Shown one piece after another: positions 39,015 to 53,300 of a DNA stretch of 64,000 nt. Every line of letters begins with the position of its first letter. Position 1 is the first letter of the stretch. The notes beneath the pieces were generated by a model that saw nothing but the letters and a program-made list of their open reading frames with translations, searched no databases and was not told the origin of the DNA. Origin of the DNA: Chiloscyllium plagiosum (lineage: Eukaryota); contig NC_057736.1 in the NCBI RefSeq assembly GCF_004010195.1, forward strand, positions 11,091,968 through 11,155,967, read 5' to 3'. The translations under genes and the position numbers were made by a program.

Positions 39015-39345
39015 TAATTGGTTTTTTAATTTTTGCCTTTCAGGAGGTGAGTTGCAGTAACAATGCGGTTTGCTCCTGCACTTTGTATTTGGATGCATTT
39101 TGCTGTCGACGGCGTAACCAATTTCCAGCGGCTCACATTGCCCTACTCCTGTCTTCAAGTTAAAAACTTGTTGAGCTATTCTACAATACTGGCGTCTTTT
39201 TTATTTGCATAAAAGAAACTTTGACTCCACTCACAGCTACGAAAGCAGCGCTGTAGTGCCTTTGTCCATCAAGAAACAAACATTGCAAACTGACTTTCCC
39301 CGCAGTTGCAAAAACCAAAGGTATTTCTTACTCATGTAGGACCGA

Positions 39346-40282
39346 TTCCTTCTCTTTGCCTGACCTGGTTTGTGTATTATAAACACCATAATATATTACG
39401 ATTGTATTGAGATTGTATTGAGATTATAACATGATTTATAGGAAAGAGTTTAACTTCATTCTCTATAATATCCAATATGACATGTTTGGAATCAACATTT
39501 ACATATATTGAGGCAAGGACTGATAACTGAACAGACCCTCATTATACTTTGGCAGAAAGATGTTGGGACTGTGGTCTTTCCCCACTGCGCCTTGGTGGCT
39601 GCTGACCCAGGTTTAAGCGCATCCCTCAACAGAGTCCTGGACCTTCTAATGTGCAAGTCTGCAACATTCAATCAAAATCAACTCTTCTCAGTGGAAGACC
39701 ACAAAACGTCGGAGAGACCAAAGAGGTTTCACCAGGTTAATACTAAAGCTTCATCCTGTAAGAAGGATCTTAATGCGGACCATGGTACAGTGCAGAAACA
39801 GATCTTTCAGCCTACAGCTCCTGTACTAGCTCTTTGCTGGAGAGGACTGTGCACTCTATGATTTGTTTCTGCACATGCACACTAAGACAAACATCAGCTG
39901 CTTGTTGGAAGATCACCACCTCGGTAAATAACATTTTTTGGTGTGCCCATAATCTCATTGATCTTCCGGTGCAAAGATTTACATGTGACCGACTGAAGGA
40001 GACTGGGACATTCTAAGTCTGGAACAATGTACTGAGGGATTCACTAAAGCTTGCGACAGGAGGAAAAAGGTTGAGTGGGAAAAGATCAGAGCCTTAGGTC
40101 AGTCTGCCATAGTACAACGAAGGACTGGTAACTGTATAGGTTCCTTCACTATGCCTGACCTGGTATGTCTATTATAAACATCATAACATATTTTGATGCA
40201 GCTCAGATTACAACATAATTTATGGAGAAGAGTTTAACTTCATTTCCAATATGAAATGTTTGGAAACTACAATTACAAATGT
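39346..40282. repeat. Diverged direct repeat of about 150 bp (39346-39508 and 40141-40282)
   Basis: Shared blocks gcctgacctggt, tattataaaca, aagagtttaacttcatt, tccaatatga.atgtttggaa. Confidence 0.75.
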
Positions 40283-40334
40283 TATCAATAAAACATATTT
40301 TGTATGTTTTACAAAATCACAGAATAATCACAAT

Positions 40335-40626
40335 TGGGCATAGGTTTAGGGTGAGAGGGGAAAGATATAAAAGAGACATAAGAGGCAACTTTTTCACTCA
40401 GATGGTGGTACGCGTATGGAATGAGCTGCCCGAGGAAGTGGTGGAGGTTTGTACAATTGCAACATTTAAAAGGCGTCTGGTTGGGTATATGAATAGGAAG
40501 GTTTTGGAGGGATATGGGCCAGGTGCTGGCAGGTGGGACTAGATTGGGTTGGGATATCTTTTCGACATGGACGAGTTGGACCGAAGGGTCTGTTTCCATG
40601 TTGTACATCTCTATAACTCTATGACT
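40335..40626 (+). mobile_element. CR1/HER1-like LINE 3' end
   Basis: [31 protein letters not shown] plus tail. Confidence 0.85.
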
Positions 40627-41082
40627 ACATAATTACTCGTCTCTTGTAAGAGCCTTTGAATATTCATCCTCCACACCATTTATGATGCTATGCTGCTTAT
40701 CTCAATCATTCCCTGTGGAAAAGTATATGGTATCCTGCTCAAACAGGCCACTTCATTAATAAGTTACCAGCAGTCTCTCGCAGTTTTACTCCACATCAGT
40801 CACCCAAACATTTTTTTTTCTGTACAATTAGGGCAACATGTGCTAACCTTGGCAGTGACATAAACATCAAATGGAAGAATTTTAAATTTTTTTAACTTAT
40901 TTAAAGAAAAAAATCTTCCACTTGCTATTGATGGAATCTGAAACAGAACATGCACAATGTTACGGGCAATTAGATATAATTTTCCCTGAACTTCTTTCAA
41001 AAATATTTCAATTTTATTTCTGGCTTATGGCATGTGAACATTCAATTTGTGCTTTGGTCAACTGTTAACTATTGAGTATCGG

Positions 41083-43168
41083 ACATAGAACATTACAGCA
41101 CGGTACAGGCCATTCGGACCTCGATGTTGCACCGACCTGTGGAACCAATCAGAAGCCAATCTAATCTGCACTATTCCATTCTCTCCATGTGCCTATCCAA
41201 TGACCAATTAAATGCACTTAAAGTTGGCGAATCTACTACTGTTGTAGGCAGTGCATTCCATGGCCCTACTACTGAGTAAAGAAACTACTTCTGACATCTG
41301 TCCTATATCTATGACCCCTCAACGGAAAACTATGTCCCCTCACGCTAGCCATCACCATCCGAGGAAAAAGGCTCTCACTGTCCAACTTATCTAACCCTCT
41401 GATTATCTTATATGTCTCAATTAAGTCACCTCTCAAACTTCTTCTCGCTAATGAAAACAGCCTCAAGTCCCTCAGCTTTTCCTTGTAAAACCTTCCCTCC
41501 ATACTAGGTAAAAACAATGACTGCAGATTCTGGAAACCAGAGTCTGGATTAGAGCGGCGCTGAAAAAGCACAGCAGTTCAGGTAGCATCCAAGGAGCTGG
41601 AAAATCGACATTTCGGGCAAAAGCCCTTCATCAGGAATATGGGCAGAGTGCCTGAAGGGTGGAGAGATAAATGAGAAGAGGATGGGGGAGAAAGTAGCAT
41701 ATAGTACAATAGGTGAATGCAGATGGGGATGAGGGTGATAGGTCGGGGAGGAGGGTGGGGGAAGGTAGCAAAGAGTACAATGGGTGGATGGGGGTGGGGA
41801 TGAAGGTGATAGGTCAGAGAGGAGGGTGGAGTGGATAGGTGGAAAGGAAGATAGGCAGGTAGGACAAGTCATGGGGACAGTGCTGAGCTGGAAGTTTGGA
41901 ACTGGGGTGAGGTGGGGGATGGGGAAATGAGAAAGCTGATGAAGTCCACATTGATGCCCTGGGGTTGAAGTGTTCTGAGGCGGAAGATGTGGCGTTCTTC
42001 CTCCAGACATCGGGTGGTGAGGGAGTGGCGGCGAAGGTGGCCCAGGACCTCCATGTCCTCAGCTGAGTGGGAGGGGAAGTTGAAATGTTGGGCCACAGGG
42101 CAGTATGGTTGATTGTTGCGGGTGTCCCAGAGATGTTCCCTAAAGCTCTCTGCTAGGAGGCGTCCAGTCTCCCCAATGTAGAGGAGACTGCATCGGGAGC
42201 AACGGATACAATAAAAGATAATGGTGGATGTGCAGGCAAAACTTTGATGGTCATGGAACGCTTCTTTAGGGCCTTGGATGGAGGTGAGGGAGGAGGTGTG
42301 GGCACAGGTTTTGTAATTCCCTCCGTACCAGACCACATCCGAGTAAATTTCCTCTGAACCCTTTCCAAAGCTTCCACATCCTTCCTATAATGCGGTGACC
42401 AGAACTGTACGCAATACTCCAAATGTGGCCTCACCAGAGTTTTGTACAGCTGCAACATGATCTCATGGTTCCAAAACTCAATCCCTCTACCAGTAAAAGC
42501 TAACACACTGTATGCCTTCTTAACAACCTTATCAACCTGGGTGGCAACTTTCAAGAATCTAAGTACCTGGACACTAAGATCTCTTTCCTCATCTACACTA
42601 ACAAGAATCTTACCATTAGCCCAGTAATCTATATTCCTGTTACTCCTTTCAAAGTGAATCACCTCACACTTTTCTGGACTAAACTCAATTTGCCACCTCT
42701 CAGCCCAAGTCTGCAACTTATCTATGTCCCTCCGTAACCTACAACATTCTTTATCCACAACTCGACCAACCCTAGTATCATCTGCAAATTTACTAACTCA
42801 TCTTTCTATGCCTTCATCCAGGTCATTTATATAAATTACAAATAGCAGTGGACCCAAAACAGATCCTTGTAGTACCCCAATAGTAACTGAACTCCAGGAT
42901 GAACATTTCCCATCAACCACCGCCCTCTGTCTTCTTTCAGCTAGCCAATTTCTGATCCAAACCACTAAATCACCCTCAATCCCATGCCTCCGTATTTTGT
43001 TCAATAGCCTACTGTGGGGAACCTTATTAAAAGTTTTACTGAAATCTATATACACCACATCAACTACTTTCCCCTCATCCACCTGTTTGGTCACCTTCTC
43101 AAAGAACTCACTAAGGTTTGTGAGGCATGACCTACCCTTCACAAAACCGTGTTGACTATCCCTAATCA
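41083..43168 (-). mobile_element. CR1-like LINE (RT domain to 3' end) split by a Penelope insertion
   Basis: [55 protein letters not shown]. Confidence 0.9.
41508..42316 (-). mobile_element. Penelope-like (Neptune-type) element, 5'-truncated, GIY-YIG endonuclease region plus 3' end
   Basis: [29 protein letters not shown]...GIN; TSD ttccctcc(a/g)tac(t/c)ag at 41493-41507 and 42317-42331; hammerhead core 41607-41634 with a GAAAU change. Confidence 0.9.
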
Positions 43169-44878
43169 TTTATTTAGAGTTCAGAAATGTGCATTTATTA
43201 ACTTGCAATATATCTATTAAAAAGTACTGAAAACCCTAGTTGCTGAGTACCCAGTGCTATGCCTCATATTAACTTAATGCACCAGCAGTAGAAAACACCA
43301 GTCATATACACATACTGCATAGGAAAAACTTGCCATAACCATCTGGTTGGCATCCCACCATCCCAGCTCACACTTCGTCGTGTCAACCATCATCTCAGTG
43401 GTCACTGACATAATTTGGCTCTATGTTAAATAACACTTCTATATTAAAATTCTCACTGTTTTCAAATCTCTCTATGGCATCCCTCCTCCCAATTACTCTT
43501 CCAGACCTACAATCTTTTGACGTCTCTGTTCTCTTCTAATTCTAGCCTTTTAGTTTCAATTAGTCCACCATTTGATGCTTCCAATTTCCTAGGCTATTTT
43601 AAGCCAAAATTCTAATTCTAAACCGAAAGGCCATAAACCTCAATGTGTGTCTTCCTTTAATATTTGCTAATAAACCTACGTATATTAAAAGTGCTCTATA
43701 AAAGCCTTTTATTTTATGAATTCAGAGGGTGTGGAAATCACCAGCTCAACCAGTAGTTATTGCAACACCTAATTCCTCGTCAGAAGGTGGAGGTCAGCTA
43801 CCTTCCTAGAACACTGCATTCCTTAGGTGTAGGTACATCTACACTGCCAGCAGCAAGGGAGTTCCAGGATTTTGACCCACTGACAGTGAAAGGTCAACAA
43901 TGTAGTGTGTCTGTGGTTTGGAGAAGAACTTGTTGGTGGTCATGCTCCATCTATCTGCTGCCCTTGTCCTCCCATCTAGCACAGGTTGAGTTATAAATGT
44001 GCAGATGTGAAGTATTTATATTTAACATTTACTATCGTTCAGTAGAAAGTTTGCAACAATTTAAAACAATCAAATACATTCTGTTGCCATTTATTACAAA
44101 GATGCTTTGTATTTAATATTGCTTAGAAGACTTTACTTTTGAAGGATTGCAGAAAATGAATTCATTTCAATGTTTTGTGTAAATACCTGAGTGGTATCTT
44201 TAAGAGATTATTGAAAGTTCACAGTGGACATGGCAGATTTCTTTTTTTTAAATGAATGCTTCCTATAAATCACATAACTATTAACTGCTTACTTTGCTGG
44301 ATACCCTGATGAGGCTGTCTTGAACAGAAGCTGGAATCAAGATGTTCTTGCTTCTTGTGATTCAGCTGGAGAAGAGCTTGCTTAGAATAAGCTGCCCAGC
44401 AGATCTCTCTCACTTACAAAAATAAAGCCATATTTTTGAGCTCAAGGTAAAACCTATTGGTACTTCTGAAATATGGGGAAAACATTTTCAATATGGAATT
44501 TTCTGAGCAAGCTCTGTCTGCAAGGCTTAAGAGACAATCATGCAGGATTAGGGACTTGGCCATATGTATCAGAACCTCAGAACAACTAACTCCATAACAT
44601 TTAACATGTATCCTTTTGCTTTCAAAAATAATCCAATTGCCAAAGCTTTTCCGTTTTTCAGATAACCAGTCTCTGCAGAAAAATCTCTTTTCTTTTCCTC
44701 TTTTGCTGAAGACTGTGGATGCTTTGGCGGTATTTAGAGGGAGAAGCATTTGTAGCTCTGTGTCACTAACTGCATATGTTAATAAATTATTGCATCTTTA
44801 ATGAATAATTTTTGTTTTGATAAAGAAACATAATTACCAGCTTAAGTATCTGCTTGATAGATCTTGGTGTTTAAACAC

Positions 44879-45503
44879 TGATATATAATGGGCCAGACCA
44901 AACCTCCTCAAAATATTCTAAGAAAATAGTCTAACTTTTTATTATTTTAAAGGTAAGTGGAAGGCATTGTGTTCCAGGTGCACTTCAGTTGGTCAAAACT
45001 ACTCAACATTAAGCAAAACCCACTTTCCTTTTATACAACAACTAAAATACAGACAAAATGAAAATAAGAGAATTGGCTTAACTGTAACAATCAAGATGCT
45101 TAACAAAATAATAGATATACTAACTACTACTAATTACCTGTTCCAATATAGTTACATTATATAAACACACCCTTGGAAAAGGCAAATTCAGTAAAATAGA
45201 TTGTCTCACATGCAATTCTACCAGCAGGAAGAGAACCCCAGCTTTTAGTTCTAACAGAGAGAGTAATAAAAGCTTCCGCACCCAGTTTCAAGATTCTAAC
45301 AACTGCAGAAAACTAAAACTGAAAATTCTGGTTCAGTGGGAGCTTGACCCCACCCATTCAGGCTGCTTCTATTGTTTAAACCCCAAGGCCTCACAATTGT
45401 TTACTTTATTAGCTTTGTGCAGACTTCTTCGCACCGGTCTCCCTCAACCTTGCTTCATAAGAAAAGGCAAATGTACACCTCTTTATACTATGGCTTTATC
45501 ACA
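44879..45503. mobile_element. Possible solo LTR
   Basis: TG...CA ends with 4-bp flanking direct repeat acac (44875-44878, 45504-45507); family not identified. Confidence 0.3.
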
Positions 45504-46826
45504 ACACAGCATTTTATTGGTCTTCCTAGTAACAGGAAATTATATTTATACTATAGGTTGTGATCCATGGAGTATTGGACAAATTAGTTAACATACACAT
45601 GCATACACTGTGTGATTGAGTATTAAAAGCATATGCCCAACAACTAAATCTTAATTTTTAAAAAAATCTACAATAATGAATAAGATGAAGGCATTTTAAA
45701 AATTATGTTTATATTGTTGTGTTTGGCTGAAAGTTCAGCATCTTCTATAGATGGAGGATGCACCACAGAATGAACAGTAGATGGACAAGCTTGATCATCT
45801 CAGTACTTTGAGAACATCTTTGAGCATCAACTCAGCAAGTCGATTTAGTTGACGGACCTGAACCTATTCTATTCACAGGCAGTATAAACCATTTCACCAA
45901 CATTCCAGCTTTGGAAGAATTTCAGTTCTGCGGTAGAGTTAAAAGCTCCTCTCCGAGCCATAGATTATCATGACTGAACAGTATCACTGTCTCTGGATCA
46001 AAATCCTGGAAGTGCAAGCCTCCCTGTACCTCTGGACCACAGTGAATTAGTAAGGTGGGTTAACATCACCTTCTTAATAATAACTAGGGATGAGCAATAA
46101 ACGCTGGCCCAGTCAATCACATCATAACCAATGACTGAATAAAAAATGCGGTAGACAGTTGACCAGCCATATTACGAACAGATGTGATCCAAATATTATT
46201 TTGTAAAAGTTGTTGTGGGCCCGTACAAATATATTTTGAACTTTTAAACAAAGGACAATTTGCTCAGGAAAGGGCACTGGGAACAACAACAACAACACTG
46301 TACCCAGATGGAGGAGGGAGCTCAAATGAAGTGATTTTCAGAGAGAGGTCACATTGTAACAATACTATATCTCATTAGAAATATAAGTTAGGTAGAATAC
46401 AGATGTTAAAAACATTACAACTAGCATGAAGACACTATATATACACACACACACTATTAGTTATAATTATTATGCACAGTCAATGAAAAATATAAAAATA
46501 GCTAAATGACTAAAGGGAGGTCAGGTAGGACATAACATAATTGGATATGAAAGTAAAAATGTTAACTTCAGAAGAAATCCAGGATCCATCCAACTGATAA
46601 GAATGAAAAAGGTTATTCTGCATGGTTATTTTCAAAACCAGGATAAGACTGCACTCAAAGGCAAAGAAGTGAAATCTTTCTACTAATAAACATTTAACAT
46701 GTGATTCTTACATGATTGAAAGAATAAGGTAGAGATGAAAGGAATGTTAAAAATCACTAGGTAAAAGCTCAAAACTTCAAAAGGCATCTTCACCAAATAA
46801 ATAAGGAATACAGCATCACATGAAAG

Positions 46827-47014
46827 ATTTGGAGATGCCGGTGTTGGACTGGGGTGTAGAAAGTTAAAAATCATACAACACCTGGTTATAGTCCAGCAGG
46901 TTTAATTGGAAGCACTAGCTTTCGGAGCGCCAACCACCTGGTGAAGGAGCGATGCTCTGAAAGCTAGTGCTTCCAATTAAACCTGTTGGACTATAACCTG
47001 GTGTTGTATGATTT
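46827..47014. mobile_element. Penelope-derived fold-back mini element with a hammerhead variant
   Basis: Perfect 12-bp TSD atcacatgaaag; long inverted arms; core CAC-CUGGUGA-A-GGAGC-GAU-GCUCU-GAAAG-CUA-GUG at 46938-46966. Confidence 0.8.
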
Positions 47015-47986
47015 ATCACATGAAAGGAGGTGAGTACCCACATTCGCAAAGCAGGAGGAAGCAAAATGAAACAAAAACCCAAATTTCAAATTACAGACCC
47101 TCACATTTCTCAAGGGTATTTTCTCCCATGTGAACTAAATAACTTAAAGCTCAGGGTTTTAAAGTCAAACTGCTCTAAATATTATTGAATAATCTATTCT
47201 TACATATTGTTAGATATTTTATTCAGATATTCCAAGATGTTCTTAGTGCATTAGTCATTACTTTTAATATTAGATTCAGCAAATTGTCTCAGTTCAGCTT
47301 TTTATTCTATTATCACTTAAACAAACCCTAAACTCTTATGCATTTACTTTAATGGGGGGGGGAGGTAGCAAAGAATATTTTCTGAAACAAATAGCCCAGA
47401 TCCTTAAAACAGCTGGGATGTTTATAACACATTAAACTTAAGCAGGTTATTTGTAGTATGGTAACATTCTCAGACAGTTTCTTCTCATGGGATTAGTATT
47501 TTAATCTCACAAACCAAAAACACTAAGCATCCGCGAAATTAACTAGCTTGAACTCGAGAGAAGTTATCCGAAAAAAAATCTGAACTAAGTTAGTTCTAGA
47601 AAGGTTGGAAGCTGTCTAAATCACTTCCACATACCCCAGCTTGCAGCAGGATGACTATTGTATCTTTGAACTCAGAACAAATTTGACCTTTTAAAAAGAG
47701 CAACAGAGCACTAGTCTCCTTCACTTTCCTTGCAGCTATTTCCAGCAGTGCATGAGCCGAAAACCCACCACAAGTCATTTTTACTAGTCATGGAGGATTC
47801 CTAGAGGATTTGTTTGAAGAACAGGAAACTCATCCAGCTACAACTGGTCCACATAGAAACTCCAGTATCAACAGCTTACTTGCAGAATCCCTTTGGAGTC
47901 AAAAAACTATTTGAGACAATCTACAACACATACTTTTCTTCTTTCTTTAATTATCACATGGCCAAACTACCTTAAATACACTGCAG

Positions 47987-48117
47987 GAGCAAATTACTAC
48001 AGACGTTGGAAATTGCACTGAAAATGTCAAATGCTAGAGATCACAGCAGGTCAGACCGCATCCATGGAAACAGAGCAAGCTAACATTTTGAGTCGAGATG
48101 ACTCTTCATCAGAGCTT
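47987..48117 (-). mobile_element. Penelope-like 3' stub ending at a degenerate hammerhead
   Basis: GCU-CUGAUGA-A-GAGUC-AUCUC-GACUC-AAAAU-GUU-AGC at 48112-48082; flanking repeat actgcag. Confidence 0.7.
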
Positions 48118-50117
48118 ACTGCAGTTTCTTTTTCATTTTTATTGCCTCTCTCCAGCCTTCTGTTGGATCTACAATTTTATAGGAAAAATATGTTTGCTTA
48201 ATCAAAATTGCTTGTCAATAATCTTTGATGTAACTTTATGGTAGTAAACCTTTTATTTATTTTGGATGGAAGAAACATGGCTGACTTGTTTTTCATACTA
48301 AACCTGACAGTCTGAAACCTATAGAATTGTCCATACCACCAACCTCATTAAACTTAACATTTATGACTAATTGGATTAGAAAAGGAAACCTGTTTAACCA
48401 CCGATAGTAACTTAAGCACTACAGACTCAAGCATCAATTTATTAAAGAGCATAGAGGCTATACCCTCCCCTCCACTTTTTGATTCGATCAGTTAGAACAT
48501 ATTTTTTAAAAACTCAGCTCAATGATACACCCACCTCACCATTGCAGAAAATACAACATACATCAAACTACCATTTGGTAAATTAGATGTAGCAATTCAA
48601 AGTTGCTTGCCACCCTACAGCCCAAAAGTGAGAAGCACAAATTCTGGGCAAGAGAAGCATATTTCTGGCCTCTGAACAATCATTGCAGAAATTATCAAAA
48701 GCTCAGTTTTTTTAAAAACTAAAACACAAGCATATCAGCAGCATAGTCAACTTGGCTCTAAATACCAATATGAGATTGCATGCCATTTATCGGAAAGCTC
48801 TAAACTCAGAGCCAACCAACTTCACACTAGACATCCACTCCCAAATACTAGCAAGATCAGGAGAATGGAATTATGTTCACATAAGTGTATTGTCAGGGTG
48901 TCTATTTAACCAGTATGTCCCATGGAAAGCTCTGCTATATCATTTAATTCCTCTAGAAAACCAATTAGATAGCATATTCTACTAAAATACCTCTTGAAAC
49001 CAAAATATCAGGCTGGATGCAAATTTGTTCACAATTTATTGTAGCTTATTCAATGCACAATATTATGATCAAATCACCTTCAGCTTGCATAAGGGTTGGA
49101 AGTTTACCCTTTCACAGGTCATGGGTATTACTGGTAAAATCAGAACTTTTGCTGCTAGTGTTAATTATTGAATTAAATGGCCTGCCAGGTTTTCAGAGGA
49201 CTGTTAAAGAGTCAACCACATTGGTGAGTGCCTGAAATGCAGCCCAGTCTGGATTAGGATAGTAAATTATTTTCCTTAAAAGGACATTGATGTGTTAAAT
49301 CAACTAGCTTTATATTCCTAATTTATTCATTTAATTTAATTGGACCAACTATGATGAGAGTTGATGAACCAGAACATTAGCTTAGTTCCCTACACGACTA
49401 GACCAGTAACATTACCATTGATTCACCATCTATCCCCCCATTAAAGTTAACCCAGATGATGTTCTGCCTTTTTACAATATCACTACATCACTGCTACATG
49501 AAAACTGTCCAGTTGTCAAACTTCTTCAGCATCACTAAGAAAATAGTCACTTTTAAAGCAAGCCTGACAGATGTGTTATTTGCTCCCAAGCCTAAAATTA
49601 TTTAAGAGTAATTTCATTTAGAATTATTGTAACCATCAGGTCAGGTATAGGTCATTTAAAAATTCTAGAATTTCAGTGGCCCAAAATTGGAAATGCAGGT
49701 ATAACCCATATAAACAATGGATAGTTTACAGTTATAGAGCACAGAAACACACTCCTTGGCTCAACTCATCCATGCCAACCAGGTTTGCCCAAACAGAACT
49801 ATTCCCACTTGCCTGCATTTGACCCCTATCCCTCTAAACCTTTGCTATTCCACAAACCTGTCCAAATGTCTTTTAAAATAGCATAATTGTACCCACCTCT
49901 ACCACTTTATTCCATATATACTGCACTGTGAGAGGAAAAAGCTGCCCCTCAGATGCCTTTAAATCTTTCCCTTTTCACAGGATCTCTGTACCCTCTAATT
50001 TTGGACTCCCCTATCCTGAGGACAGACTCAATTACACAAATCACAAAAAAACATGCACACAGCCTCAGCACTTGGCATAAGCTGTATACAAAGTTTGAGA
50101 TAGTGAACAGTGATTTT

Positions 50118-50123
50118 TTTATT
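50118..50123 (-). terminator. ATP5IF1 polyadenylation signal AATAAA
   Basis: tttatt about 90 nt downstream of the stop codon. Confidence 0.65.
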
Positions 50124-50211
50124 TAACAATTTACATTCAAGCACAATTAAGAGTTCACCATTAATTAATGCCATGATTGAAATACTCTAGCAACATAGAA
50201 ACATTAGAAAT

Positions 50212-50365
50212 CTAGTCACTGTCATAGCCATCGTGCTTCAGCTTCTTGATCTGACCCTTGTGGCGTTTAATCTCACTCTGTAAACGCTGTATTTCATGCT
50301 CGTGATGGTTAATCTCCTCTTGATGATGTTTCCTCAGATTTTCAATCTGTTCCATTTCTTTTTCC
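50212..50365 (-). CDS. ATP5IF1: ATP5IF1 exon 3 (His-rich coiled coil)
   Basis: ttgcag| acceptor; [20 protein letters not shown]; stop TAG. Confidence 0.95.
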
Positions 50366-53300
50366 CTGCAAAACAGAACCACTTTAAATGGCCTGGTAGG
50401 TATTGAAAAAGGAAGCATTTTGTTAAAGATAAATCAGAGATTACTTTCTGAAGCCATAGCCAAGTAGCTATACATTTGAAAAGGCAAAAGGGCCTCATCT
50501 TTTCAGCAATACATGAGAGCAACTGAGCAGTCATAAACTGTGACGGTGTTATATTGAGCTAAGTGATCATAAAAGGAAGCGTTATGAAGAACCTCTCTAC
50601 CTTAGGAGACCCAGTGGTGTGAACAAACCTGGAGAAACTTCTCTTAAACCCATACATACAAAATTTAGACAGGAGTGAAGATTGACTACTACATTGGTGC
50701 ACAGGATCAATATTGTGCCAATGAGTGGTTCAGACATGTTCCAGCTTTAAACATCAAGTATTTATCCAACATACAGTATGGAACTCTGGGATTTGGTCTC
50801 GATGCTGATTTCAAGACTCTTGACATGGAGTCTGAGCAATCCTACTGCTGATCAACACAAACTCAAAATTTCCACCTTTAATTTGGCAATGTACTGGCAA
50901 TCTTGCTTTAGGATACATTAGATGGAAGTAATTGGTGTGCACGCTTTCATTTGCTGTGCTTTTTCAGACAAAGAAAACAGCTTCTTTCTGGGCAGGTTCA
51001 CATATCATTTGAACATGGTCATTGCCAGGCAATGACCATCTCTAATAACAGATTCCAACCATATCTCATGTTATCCAGTAGTATTACCAATGCTGAATCC
51101 TCCATCATCAATATCTTGGGAGGTTACCATCACCAGAAATTGAAATGGACCAAATAAATACCACTGCCACTTGAGTAGGTCAGAGGCTGGGAAATGGGGC
51201 ACGAGCTCACTTCCAGTCTCCCTGAATCATGAATAATACGATCTACAAGGCAAGTCAGGAGTATGATGGAATAGCCTCCATTTGCCTGGGATGAGTCCAG
51301 CTCCAACAACATTCAAGAGGTTTGACACCATGCAGGATAAAACAACCCTCTTCATTGGTACCCCTGCACCACTTTCAAGATTCGCAGTCAGGACATCTAC
51401 TAAATACACTGCAGTAATTCACCAAGATTTTCCCAGCCTCTTTCAAACACAAACTCTACAACCTAGAAGGACAAAAGGCAGTGGATTCATGGGCACACTA
51501 TCAACTGCACGTTCCTCTCCAAGCCACTCACCTGACCCAAACTAATTGGCATTCCTTCACTGTTCCTGGGAGAAAATCCTGAAATTTCCTTTCCAACAGC
51601 ACTATGGATATCCCTATACTCCAAGGACTGCAGTGGTTTAAGGCAGCTCCCTCTCCAGGGCAATTAACACTGGGGAAATCATGCTGGCCAAGCTCATGAT
51701 ACCCATATCACATCAACAAATAAAAGACAAAAGCAGTTTCTATAATCACAGAAAACAATACATTTCTGCAAAAGTCAGTTCTAAAAGATACCAGACCAAT
51801 CAAGACTCTTAATAGAGTCTTTACCAGAATTGGTGTGCTAAGCTTGTTTTTGATCATTTATAATATGGTTTCAATTGTTAGAACTAGTTGTCAGAAGTCT
51901 TACTATCAAGAATGAGTGAATTCACTCTGCTTTTCAGGTATACCTACACTAAATGTAGAACCTATGGTGTTAGTGACTGATAAGGCTCAGCTATTCAATA
52001 TTTAGGCTCGACCTGAGTCTGTAATAAGTCACATGATTCAACTTGCCACTTATTTAAATACCCCTCAGACAAACTGTAAAAGGGAGGTCACATTTTAGAC
52101 TAGCAGGGTAGATAAAATAAGCAGGGACTGTGGGTAAGAATTTTCAAAATATCATTTCAAATTACATGTTAAAATGTAACAACTTGCATCAACTGGTTGC
52201 AATCATGACAAAAGCAGTGGACTGAGTTGAATACATTGTAAACATTCAGGCTATCAAATTGAAATTTTACACAAATTCGAACAGTAAATTACTCTTGGCA
52301 GCAAACGTTCGATCCTTCTAAACAGTTTAGAGACAGTTGCAGAGAGTTGTCAATTTCAGAGAACCTCATCCTCTGAATTCAACAGATCCTCAATCAAGAT
52401 TTTAGAAACATTAAATTATATAATAACCCAAATCAGTCAGGGCAGGAAGGGGAAATAAACAGGTCACAATTGAGAAACCGACAGATGGTAGAAATTGTTA
52501 CCTGAAGTATTTCTCCTCTATTGCTGCCTCCCTTTTGCCAAACGCACCTCCAGCTTCTCTTATGCTCCCTCCTCCACCACCACCTTTGCCAGCACCTTTG
52601 CCCAACTCTCCCAGCTGAAACACAAACATCATCAATCTTTAGGTTAGCAAATACGCACAGAGCATTGGCCATGTTCCCTTGGAAAATGTCTTCTACCCCT
52701 TGGAAGGAAATTATACAGCTTTATATGCAATTTGAAGCAGCCTAACATCTCAGCAATATTAGGAACATTGGTCCTTTGAGGTTTAGGTTTGCTTGCTAAG
52801 TTGGTAGATTTGTTCTCAGACGTTTTGGTATCATGCTAGGTAACATCAGTGAGCCTCCACTGAAGCTCACGTGAGGCTTCAACAGAGGCTCACTGATGAT
52901 GTTACTTAGCATAGGAACAAAATGCCCAAGAACAAACCTCCCAGCACAATAAGGAAACTTACAACCTGAACTTCAACCTGAGTGACAAATCTTCTCAAAT
53001 CACATTGGTCCTTTGAGTTGCTCCACCACTCAAAAAGATCATGGCTGGTCTGGTTGCGGCCTCAGGCCTACATTATGGTCAGAGCTGAAACTTTATTGCT
53101 GGAACAGCACAGCAGGTCAGGCAGCATCTAGGGAACAGAAGATTCGACGTTTCGGGCACATGCCCTTCTTCAGGAATGAGCAGAGAGTGTTCAGCAGGAG
53201 AAGATAAAAGGTAGGGAGGAGGGACTTGGAGGAGGGGAGTTGGAAATGTGATAGGTGGAAAGAGGCCAAGGTGAGGGTGATAGGTCGGAGTAGGAGGGAG

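Noticed and set aside
44306-44335. CTGATGAGGCTGTCTTGAACAGAAG as a hammerhead core
   Set aside because: Lacks GAAA and a stem III/NUH site, and has no Penelope context.
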